Under the pieces are notes generated by a model, which was not told the DNA's origin, did not search any database, and was given only the letters and a program-made list of their open reading frames with translations. 64,000 bases of DNA, from contig CAVWIJ010000001.1 in the NCBI GenBank assembly GCA_963754985.1, forward strand, positions 17,217 through 81,216, written 5' to 3'. The stretch comes from an uncultured Holophagae bacterium (lineage in GTDB: Bacteria; Acidobacteriota; Thermoanaerobaculia; Thermoanaerobaculales; Sulfomarinibacteraceae). Made by a program: the position numbers and the translations under genes. Every line of letters begins with the position of its first letter. Position 1 is the first letter of the stretch. Of this stretch, positions 57,241 through 64,000 are shown piece after piece.

Positions 57241-59664
57241 ATGGAGGGACGACTCATGAGTAGCTCGATACTGAAGAGAGGCTCGCCGGTTCTCTTCACC
57301 TGCGCGCTGCTGGCGTTCGCAGCCGCCGGTGTGATCGGCGATGACGATGGCTCGCCCAACGAGGCGAAGATGTACCGAGTCACGATCCAGAACCTCACTC
57401 CCGGCCAGCCCCTGTCGCCGCCGGTGGCCGCCACGCACCGGGGCGGCTTCCGCCTCTTCAGGGTTGGCGACGAGGCCTCGTCCGAGCTCGAGGCGATCGC
57501 TCGAGACGGTGACGAGGTTCCGATGCACGACCTGCTCGCCGGCCTCAGCCACGTGTTCGACGTGGTGGACGTGGGGGTGCCGCTGACGCCGTACGGATCG
57601 GTGGTTGGCGATGTCACCGACGCGGCCGAGTTCCTGATCGAGGGGCGCAACGGGGACAAGATCTCGCTGGCGTCGATGCTCGTCTGCACCAACGACGGCT
57701 TTGTCGGCCTCAACCGCGCCGAGCTTCCCGACACGGGGTCGAGCGTGTTCACGTTGCGCGGGTACGACGCCGGAGCCGAGGACAACACCGAGCTCAGTCC
57801 GGACATCGTCGACGCGTGCAGTGCCCTCGGCCCGCTGGTCCTGAACGGCGACCCCAACGGCAACGAGAACGCGGCGGTCAACACCGTGCCGCGCGGTGTG
57901 ATCGCGGCCCACCACGGCGTGCTCGGGGTCGGCGACCTCGGCGCGATCCACGAGATCCCGGCAGGGGTCGCGAAGGTCACCATCACCCGGGTATCGGACA
58001 GCGGCCGTGAGTTCTCGACGACTCTGAGCGGGGTCGGCGAGGTGCCGGTGGTTCAGACCGATGCCTCGGGAGAGGCCCGATTCAAGCTCGGCAACCGACA
58101 CGGTGACGACGACGATGACGACGATGGCGACGACGACGAAGACGACGGCGACGGCGATGACCGCATGTACCGCGCTGAGGCCCGCCTGCTGCCGTCCAGT
58201 GGGCCCCGGGGCGACGACGAGTCGCTGAGCTACCGGGTGTCGGCCGAGGACATCGTCGACGTGGTCGCGGCCCACATCCACGCCGGGCTGCCGAACGAGA
58301 GCGGCCCGATCGTGGCGACCCTGTACGGTCCGGCGGCCCCGTCGGGACCGGTGGACGGCACCTTCGCCCGGGGAACGCTGACGCCGGCCGACCTCGACGG
58401 AGGCCCATTCGCAGGAGACTGGGAGGGCTTCCTCGCGGCAATGGGACGGGGCGAGCTGTACGTGAACGTCCACACGGTGGAGTTCCCGGCCGGTGAGATC
58501 CGTGGCCAGGTCGGCGTCCGCAAGGGTGGTGGAGGAGGCGTCAACCTCAACCGTCCGCCCGACGGCGTCATCACCTCGCCGCCCGGCGACGTGGCGATCG
58601 CGCCCGGTGAGTCGGTGTTCTTCGAGGGCATGGCGAGCGATCCGGACGGCGACCCGGTTACCGTCGAGTGGGACTTCGGCGACGGCACCAGCTCCCCCGA
58701 CCTGGCGCCCGGCGACCACACCTACAACGACCCCGGCGTCTACCTGGTGACCTTCACCGCCACCGACGACCAGGGCCTCTCGGACCCGAGCCCCGACACG
58801 CGCACCATTACAGTGGGCGAGCAGAACAACCCGCCCGACGGCGTCATCACCTCGCCGCCCGGCGACGTGACGATCGCGCCCGGTGAGTCGGTGTTCTTCG
58901 AGGGCATGGCGAGCGATCCGGACGGCGACCCGGTTACCGTCGAGTGGGACTTCGGCGACGGCACCAGCTCCCCCGACCTGGCGCCCGGCGACCACACCTA
59001 CAACGACCCCGGCGTCTACCTCGTGACCTTCACCGCCACCGACGACCAGGGCCTCTCGGACCCGAGCCCCGACACGCGCACCATTACAGTGGGCGAGCAG
59101 AACAACCCGCCCGACGGCGTCATCACCTCGCCGCCCGGCGACGTGACGATCGCGCCCGGTGAGTCGGTGTTCTTCGAGGGCATGGCGAGCGATCCGGACG
59201 GCGATCCGGTCACCGTGGAGTGGGACTTCGGCGACGGCATCAGCTCCCCCGACCTGGCGCCCGGCGACCACACCTACAACGACCCCGGCGTCTACCTCGT
59301 GACCTTCACCGCCACCGACGACCAGGGCCTCTCCGACCCGACCCCCGACACGCGCACCATCACCGTGGAGGCGGGTCCGGCGGCGGCGACCCTGACCATG
59401 GTCCAGGACGCCATCTTCACGCCGAGCTGCACGGGGTGCCACGGCGGATCGAATCCCACCGCCGAGCTGAACCTCGAGCAAGGCCAGGCGCACGGCGACC
59501 TGGTCAACGTCCCGGCCACCACGCAGCCCGGGGTGCGGGTGATCCCGTTCGACGCGGACAACAGCGTCCTGGTGATCTTCCTCGACGACGGTCACCGCAA
59601 CCTGCCCGCGGACGACCGGCAGATGATCCGGTCGTGGATCGACGCGGGCGCGCTCGACAACTGA
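57241..59664 (+). CDS. Secreted multidomain protein: spondin_N, CHRD (with poly-Asp insert), 3 x PKD, C-terminal PSCyt-like CxxCH domain
   Basis: The spondin_N region has YRVTIQNLTPGQPLSPPVAATH...LVCTNDGFVGLN. The CHRD region has LSGVGEVP...AAHIHAGLPNESGPIV...LYVNVHTVEFPAGEIRGQV. The PKD units have VEWDFGDG...HTYNDPGVYLVTFTATDDQG. The C-terminal domain has IFTPSCTGCHGG...WIDAGA. Confidence 0.8.
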   Translation: MEGRLMSSSILKRGSPVLFTCALLAFAAAGVIGDDDGSPNEAKMYRVTIQNLTPGQPLSPPVAATHRGGFRLFRVGDEASSELEAIARDGDEVPMHDLLAGLSHVFDVVDVGVPLTPYGSVVGDVTDAAEFLIEGRNGDKISLASMLVCTNDGFVGLNRAELPDTGSSVFTLRGYDAGAEDNTELSPDIVDACSALGPLVLNGDPNGNENAAVNTVPRGVIAAHHGVLGVGDLGAIHEIPAGVAKVTITRVSDSGREFSTTLSGVGEVPVVQTDASGEARFKLGNRHGDDDDDDDGDDDEDDGDGDDRMYRAEARLLPSSGPRGDDESLSYRVSAEDIVDVVAAHIHAGLPNESGPIVATLYGPAAPSGPVDGTFARGTLTPADLDGGPFAGDWEGFLAAMGRGELYVNVHTVEFPAGEIRGQVGVRKGGGGGVNLNRPPDGVITSPPGDVAIAPGESVFFEGMASDPDGDPVTVEWDFGDGTSSPDLAPGDHTYNDPGVYLVTFTATDDQGLSDPSPDTRTITVGEQNNPPDGVITSPPGDVTIAPGESVFFEGMASDPDGDPVTVEWDFGDGTSSPDLAPGDHTYNDPGVYLVTFTATDDQGLSDPSPDTRTITVGEQNNPPDGVITSPPGDVTIAPGESVFFEGMASDPDGDPVTVEWDFGDGISSPDLAPGDHTYNDPGVYLVTFTATDDQGLSDPTPDTRTITVEAGPAAATLTMVQDAIFTPSCTGCHGGSNPTAELNLEQGQAHGDLVNVPATTQPGVRVIPFDADNSVLVIFLDDGHRNLPADDRQMIRSWIDAGALDN
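58555..59370 (+). repeat. Three near-identical 276-bp (92-codon) tandem repeats encoding the PKD domains
   Basis: Unit starts (CCGCCCGACGGCGTCATCACC) are at 58555, 58831 and 59107. Only a handful of differences between units are seen by eye. Confidence 0.9.
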
Positions 59665-59850
59665 CCGCGGGGCGTCCGCCGGCCAAGGCGGACGGCAACG
59701 CAGCCGAGAAGGCCGTCCCGTGCCGCGCGCCCGCCAGACGTGAACGGCCCGGAGCCATATGAGGGCCACGACGGACCGAGGGGGAGGCCGACGCCTCCCC
59801 CTCGACCTTCCTCCCACGGCGTCGAGCTGCTCTCGAGCCGTAACGGCGAG

Positions 59851-60003
59851 AGCCACCGGATCCTGCTCGAGGACAGCGAGTGCGAGATCGTCCTGCGGCA
59901 CGAGGACGTGGACCGCCGCAGCCAGGAGATCCTCGACCGCTACCGTATCCCGTCCGACCGCTCCCCTGGCCTGATGGCAATGAAGCCCTCGCCCGCTGTC
60001 GAC
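59851..60003 (+). other. Copy B of the three-copy conserved coding-like segment (no nearby start codon)
   Basis: SHRILLEDSECEIVLRHEDVDRRSQEILDRYRIPSDRSPGLMAMKPSPAVD. It is in frame only with a distant ATG at 59740. Confidence 0.3.
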
Positions 60004-60231
60004 GCGACCGCCTCCGTCGGACCCAGCTCGAGCAAATCGTCTCTAGCCTCGCCCTCGGTCTCGTCCGCAATGACAGGCTTGAGGGAGTTGCGGTCAGCCG
60101 GTACCCGCAACCCACCGCGCTCTGGCAGCTCACGCTTGAACGGCGGAATGGCGTGCCCGGCACCCGTCTGGGCATCCTGCCTGCCTTGTGGGGTAGGCAT
60201 CCTGCCTGCCTCGCCCGCAGGCTGCGCCTGT

Positions 60232-60462
60232 CTACGACGCCTCCTCGAGGTGCCGGGCGATCAGGATCTTGATCAGCGACTGGCGCGGCACGCCGAGCCG
60301 CGACGCCTCGCGATCCAGCGAGTCAATCATCCATACCGGGAAGTCGACATTCACACGACGCTGCTCGTGCCCCGGGCGCCGCGCCCTTGACATGTCGAGA
60401 TACCTCGTCACGTCCTCGCCGGCGTCAAACTTCCGGTCAAGCTCCTTGGCTTTCACCTTCAT
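60232..60462 (-). CDS. brnA: BrnA antitoxin (CopG/RHH type)
   Basis: MKVKAKELDRKFDAGEDVTRYLDMSRARRP...RVNVDFPVWMIDSLDREASRLGVPRQSLIKILI. Confidence 0.8.
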   Translation of the reverse strand: MKVKAKELDRKFDAGEDVTRYLDMSRARRPGHEQRRVNVDFPVWMIDSLDREASRLGVPRQSLIKILIARHLEEAS

Positions 60463-60712
60463 AGCTCGCGATCTCCTCTTCTCGGGCACGGCGAACGGAG
60501 ATGATCCGCACGCGTTCGTCGCGGTAGGTCACGATCCCCGCCCAGGTCTCGTTGCCAATCCTGCCCACGACGAGATACCGCGGCTCATCGAGTGTCCGCG
60601 CCGGGATCTCGATGAGGTCTGGGTCGTCCCACAGAGCCTGCGCCTCAACGAAGTCAATCCCGTGCTTCTGCTGGTTCGAGTGGCTCTTCCGTGGATCGAA
60701 CTCGAACTCCAT
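60437..60712 (-). CDS. brnT: BrnT toxin (DUF497)
   Basis: MEFEFDPRKSHSNQQKHGIDFVEAQALWDDP...RIISVRRAREEE. Confidence 0.85.
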   Translation of the reverse strand: MEFEFDPRKSHSNQQKHGIDFVEAQALWDDPDLIEIPARTLDEPRYLVVGRIGNETWAGIVTYRDERVRIISVRRAREEEIASYEGESQGA

Positions 60713-60748
60713 GGTATAAAAAGTATACCCCACACATACACTTGTCAA
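60713..60748 (-). promoter_or_regulatory. Candidate promoter/operator abutting the BrnT start (possibly a leaderless transcript)
   Basis: The minus strand reads TTGACA-15 nt-TATACT-TTTTATACC-ATG. The palindrome GGTATAAAAAGTATACC (60713-60729) touches the start codon and no RBS is visible. Confidence 0.4.
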
Positions 60749-61142
60749 TTCCAGCCCCGGCAGGAATCGGCTCAGCACATAGCCCCGACGATCGCCATCG
60801 AGCGCCCCGGCCCCTCGGGCCAAGGCCCTCTTCGTGTCTTCCCGAGCGATTGTGGCGTCGGCATCCTGCCTGCCTTGTGGCGTCGGCATCTTGCCGGCGA
60901 TGCAGCACCGCTTGTCACTGCGCCTCGTCACGGCGGCTTGTCACGGCGGCTTGTCACGGCATAGCCAGAGGCGAAGCCGGAAGCCGGAAGTCGAGGGATC
61001 CCCGGATCGCACGAGCGCCATCCCGCCTACGGGCTGCCAACCCCACCACAGCCCTCCTTGTGGATGATCGGGAGGCGTAGAAAGGGCTCGTTCGCGCCTT
61101 CGTGCCCGTGCCCGCAAATGGTCTGGGAGGGGGGGTATGCCC

Positions 61143-61177
61143 TTGACGCGGAATCTGACAAACTGTACAATTTGTCA
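61143..61177 (+). promoter_or_regulatory. Promoter/operator of the Phd-RelE module
   Basis: TTGACG (61143), a 17-nt spacer, then TACAAT (61166). The inverted repeat TGACAAA...TTTGTCA (61156-61177) spans the -10 element. Confidence 0.55.
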
Positions 61178-61224
61178 GGATTGCCAAACCGCGACGAGGC
61201 AGTGCGCGGCACAGGAGAGACGCA

Positions 61225-61500
61225 ATGGTACCGCTCGAGAAGGTCACGGCAAGCGACGCGCGCAACGCCTTTTCAGAACTCATCAGCTCGGTGAAGTACG
61301 GCAAACGCCGCGTCTGCATCACCAGCAACGGGAAGGACATGGCCGCGATGATCCCGCTCCAGGACCTGGAAGTCCTCGAGGCTCTGCTGCGCCGATACGA
61401 GGATGAGGTCGACTCCCGCGACGCGAAGATCGCCCTCGAGGAGGCGGAGCGCGAAGGCACCGTTTCGCTTGACGAACTCATCGCCGAGATCGGACTGTGA
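61225..61500 (+). CDS. Phd/YefM family antitoxin
   Basis: VTASDARNAFSELISSVKYGKRRVCITSNGKDMAAMIPLQDLEVLE. Its stop overlaps the toxin start. Confidence 0.85.
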   Translation: MVPLEKVTASDARNAFSELISSVKYGKRRVCITSNGKDMAAMIPLQDLEVLEALLRRYEDEVDSRDAKIALEEAEREGTVSLDELIAEIGL

Positions 61501-61791
61501 AAGACGACTCCTCCCGGAGCTACGTCGTTCGGATCGCCCCAGCCGCCAGGCGCGAGATCAAGCACCTCTCAAAGCAGAACCAGCGCCGAGTCGTCGCCGT
61601 GATGCAGGGGCTCGCCGTCAACCCCAGGCCGCACGGCTACACACCGGTGGAGGGCCTTGACGGGCTGTTCAAGGTGCGGGTCGGCGACTACAGAGTCATC
61701 TACACTGATAGAAGACGGCAAGCTCTTGGTGATCGTTGTGAGGGTCCGCCACCGCAGCGACGTCTACCGTCATCTGAAAGGCCTCCGCTAG
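61497..61791 (+). CDS. RelE/ParE family toxin, one frameshift near 61705
   Basis: YVVRIAPAARREIKHLSKQNQRRVVAVMQGLAVNPRPHGYTPVEGLDGLFKVRVGDYRVIYT, then after a frame change IEDGKLLVIVVRVRHRSDVYRHLKGLR. Confidence 0.8.
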
Positions 61792-61944
61792 CGACGCCGC
61801 CTTACCGCGCCCGTCATCCCGAATGAGGCGCACCCCTCGCTTCAATGTCATCCCGAGCGAGGCCTACCCTCCTCCTGTCATCCCGAGCAGCCTGTCACGG
61901 CGTAGTGCACCGCACGAAGCCGGAAGTCGACTTGTCACGGCGTA

Positions 61945-62223
61945 GTGCACCGCACGAAGCCGGAAAGGATCCCCTCCAACCGCGACGGCGGGAGCCACCG
62001 CATCATGCTCGAGGACAGCGAGTGCGAGATCGTCCTGCGGCACGAGGACGTGGACCGCCGCAGCCAGGAGATCCTCGACCGCTACCGCGTCCCGGCCGAC
62101 CGCTCCCCGGACCTGATGGCAATGAAGTCCTCACCCGCGGTCGACCCGCCCGCCGACTACCGCGACCGCCGAGGTCACACCGACGAGCCTCCCGCAACCC
62201 CAACCTCGGCTGCTTCCCAATGA
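61945..62223 (+). CDS. Copy C of the three-copy conserved mini-ORF
   Basis: SHRIMLEDSECEIVLRHEDVDRRSQEILDRYRVPADRSPDLMAMKSSPAVD. The GTG start is inside a TGTCACGGCG..GCCGGAA repeat unit, as in copy A. Confidence 0.35.
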   Translation: MHRTKPERIPSNRDGGSHRIMLEDSECEIVLRHEDVDRRSQEILDRYRVPADRSPDLMAMKSSPAVDPPADYRDRRGHTDEPPATPTSAASQ

Positions 62224-62638
62224 CGGCTCTGAGGCGATGCTGTCAGTCGGTGCCTACAAGCGGCCGCACTTCGGGGGACTCAGCTGGAATGGCGGAATGG
62301 CGTGCCTGCCACCCACCGGTGAAGTACCGGCCGTGCTGACGTGTACGAAACCGGACGCCGAACGACCCTCCGGATCCGCCACCCGCGCCCCACTCGGAGC
62401 TGCCAGTGCGAGCCGCAGCCCTCCTTTTGCATGGTGGGGAGACGCACGGGATGCAGAAGCGAGCGGCCCACATCCTGACCAAAACGAACGCATGTCCGAG
62501 CGCAGGTCGTGTGGGCACAACCCGACGGGTTGACGCGGCCGGCGTTAAGGCCCATCGTGGGTGCAGCACTTGCTCCCCGTTGGACCAGCCGCAAGGCCTC
62601 CGGCGGGGTTTTGTATTTCAAGGACGTCTTCATGCCGC

Positions 62639-62677
62639 TTGACACGCGAGCGCGATGGTATGACCATTAGTCATACC
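62639..62677 (+). promoter_or_regulatory. Promoter/operator of the RHH-MazF module
   Basis: TTGACA at 62639, the perfect inverted repeat GGTATGAC-cattag-GTCATACC (62657-62677), then a GGAGGTGG RBS and ATG 62689. Confidence 0.5.
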
Positions 62678-62688
62678 GGAGGTGGCCG

Positions 62689-62931
62689 ATGGCCAGCGCA
62701 AAGATCGCGGTGAGCCTCCACAAGAGCACGGTCGAACGCCTCGATCGCCTGGTCGAGCAGGGAACGTATCCGAGCCGCAGCCGCGCGATTCAGGACGCGG
62801 TCGACGAGAGGCTGGCCCGGCTGACCCGCGATCGGCTTGCCCGCGAGTGCGCGAAGCTCGACCCCGAGTACGAGGCGGCGTTGGCCGAGGAGGGCATGGG
62901 CTCGGAGGCTGAGCAGTGGCCCGAGTACTGA
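62689..62931 (+). CDS. Ribbon-helix-helix antitoxin (MazE functional analog)
   Basis: KIAVSLHKSTVERLDRLVEQGTYPSRSRAIQDAVDERL. It overlaps the toxin gene. Confidence 0.8.
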   Translation: MASAKIAVSLHKSTVERLDRLVEQGTYPSRSRAIQDAVDERLARLTRDRLARECAKLDPEYEAALAEEGMGSEAEQWPEY

Positions 62932-63254
62932 GAGGTGAGGTGTACTGGGCAGACCTCGGTCCTGTGACTGGGCGAGAGCAGTCCGGTCGCCGGCCGGTCC
63001 TCGTCATCAGCCACGACGTTTTCAACGAAAGGTCCGGCACGGTCATCGCCATGGCGATCACCAGCCAGGCTCAGCGGGCGGGGTTCCCACTGACTCTCGA
63101 GATCGCGGAGCCGGGATTGCCGAAGCAGTCCTGGCTCAAGATCAGCCAGGTCCGCACCCTCTCGTCCATCAGGCTCGGTGAACGCATCACCGCCCTCTCC
63201 CCCGAGCTCGTCAACCAGGCAATCGACGGCCTCAACGAGATCGTCGCCACCTGA
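62916..63254 (+). CDS. mazF: MazF/PemK family endoribonuclease toxin
   Basis: GEVYWADLGPVTGREQSGRRPVLVISHDVFN and SWLKISQVRTLSSIRL. Confidence 0.85.
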   Translation: MARVLRGEVYWADLGPVTGREQSGRRPVLVISHDVFNERSGTVIAMAITSQAQRAGFPLTLEIAEPGLPKQSWLKISQVRTLSSIRLGERITALSPELVNQAIDGLNEIVAT

Positions 63255-63318
63255 CAACCCCTCGGCCCTCGGTTTCGCGATCCGGTAGAATCTTACTTGT
63301 AAGAATGGAGTTGATGAC

Positions 63319-63584
63319 ATGACGAGGATTGCCACAACCAAGATGTCGTCGAAGGGCAGGTCGTGCATCCCGGAAGGTGCGGGTCGCCCTCGGCCTCGAA
63401 GCAGGGTCGCAGTTCGTGGTAGTTGGCAAGGGCGACGTCGTCGTGCTCAAGAAGGTCACTCCCCCTCGATGTTCGACTTCGACGGATCCTCGAGGAAGCC
63501 CGCCGCCAAGCCAGGCAGGCCGGGATGAAGCGGGCGGACGTGACTGCCGCGATCAAGCCGACTCGGCCGAAGCGCAGCCGGTGA
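63319..63584 (+). pseudogene. AbrB/SpoVT/MazE-type DNA-binding protein, at least 4 frame changes as written
   Basis: Fragments are MTRIATTKMSSKG, QVV, KVRVALGLEAGSQFVVVGKGDVVVLKKVTPP, SMFDFDG and ILEEARRQARQAGMKRADVTAAIKPTRPKRSR, spread over three frames. Confidence 0.55.
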
Positions 63585-63641
63585 TACCCCGAGAGTTCTG
63601 TTGACTCCGTCCTCTGGCAACGCGCTCGGTATACTTGACTC

Positions 63642-63932
63642 ATGACGCGCACCGACGTACTGCAGACTCTCCACAGCTACGCCGACGATCTTCGATCTAT
63701 GGGCGTGGCACGGATCGCCGTCTTTGGATCCGCCGCCCGGAACGAGGCAGTCCCGGGAAGCGACATCGACATCCTCATCGAGTTCGATCGTGCTGTAGGC
63801 CTTCTACACTTTGTCCGCGTCAAGCGTTACCTCGAGGGCCTACTCCACGCAAGCGTTGATCTCGTCACGACTGACGCGCTTCATCCCGCACTTCGGGAGC
63901 GGATTCTCCGAGAGGCCATCAATGCCGCATAG
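63642..63932 (+). CDS. Nucleotidyltransferase (MNT/MntA-type antitoxin)
   Basis: VFGSAARNEAVPGSDIDILIEF (a GSx10DxD-type motif). Confidence 0.85.
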   Translation: MTRTDVLQTLHSYADDLRSMGVARIAVFGSAARNEAVPGSDIDILIEFDRAVGLLHFVRVKRYLEGLLHASVDLVTTDALHPALRERILREAINAA

Positions 63933-64000
63933 GTCGTGGCGGTTCAGGATCCAGGACATCCTGGACGCCATTGACCGTGTGAGCCGCTACGTCGAAGGCC
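63922..64000 (+). CDS. HEPN/DUF86 (HepT-type) toxin, 5' end only
   Basis: MPHRSWRFRIQDILDAIDRVSRYVEG overlaps the MNT stop. The gene continues beyond the window. Confidence 0.6.
   Translation, partial: MPHRSWRFRIQDILDAIDRVSRYVEG

Noticed and set aside
43376-64000. A classical integrase-bearing genomic island downstream of tRNA-Leu
   Set aside because: No tyrosine or serine recombinase, transposase or distal att copy of the 21-mer was found by eye in the remaining 20 kb. Only the proximal segment (about 43.4-47.2 kb) looks compositionally foreign.

Overview
This is a high-GC (roughly 68-70%) bacterial chromosomal segment. Its gene content (a CarboxypepD_reg-type TonB-dependent receptor, three DUF4136 lipoproteins, a PSCyt-like CxxCH domain, many outer-membrane barrels) suggests an Acidobacteriota-like diderm, but that is inference only. 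From 1-25 kb the window holds housekeeping and envelope genes: mgtE, yicC-like, a macro-domain protein, pepA, dus, an OprO/P-type porin, sortase, a PlpD-like patatin-Omp85 fusion, AsmA, and two outer-membrane-barrel plus DUF4136 modules. From 25.3-39.7 kb there is a 14-kb co-directional minus-strand cluster: TetR, TonB receptor, SDR, KAS III, alpha/beta hydrolase, AMP-ligase, thiolase, two more hydrolases, a Cys-rich peptide, two SYLF-like proteins and an MFS transporter. RNase R and tRNA-Leu(CAG) (42205-42291) close the core region. Directly after the tRNA, its last 21 nt are repeated five more times at an exact 200-bp period. A lower-GC accessory region then follows, containing a histone-H1-like protein, MazEF, an ERCC4 nuclease, an AAA/DUF4143 ATPase, an FeS/NrfD/13-heme cytochrome module, and an ArsM-like methyltransferase. 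That methyltransferase has an in-frame TGA at its conserved Cys, followed by a stem-loop. The accessory region also holds a spondin-CHRD-PKD-CxxCH protein and five more toxin-antitoxin pairs. Intergenic space is filled with several hairpin and microsatellite repeat families. The sequence as given carries about 30 or more single-base frame disruptions, several at homopolymer runs, so many genes are reported as merged intervals. I read most of these as assembly indels rather than true pseudogenes. No tools were run: all family calls rest on motifs read from the supplied translations.
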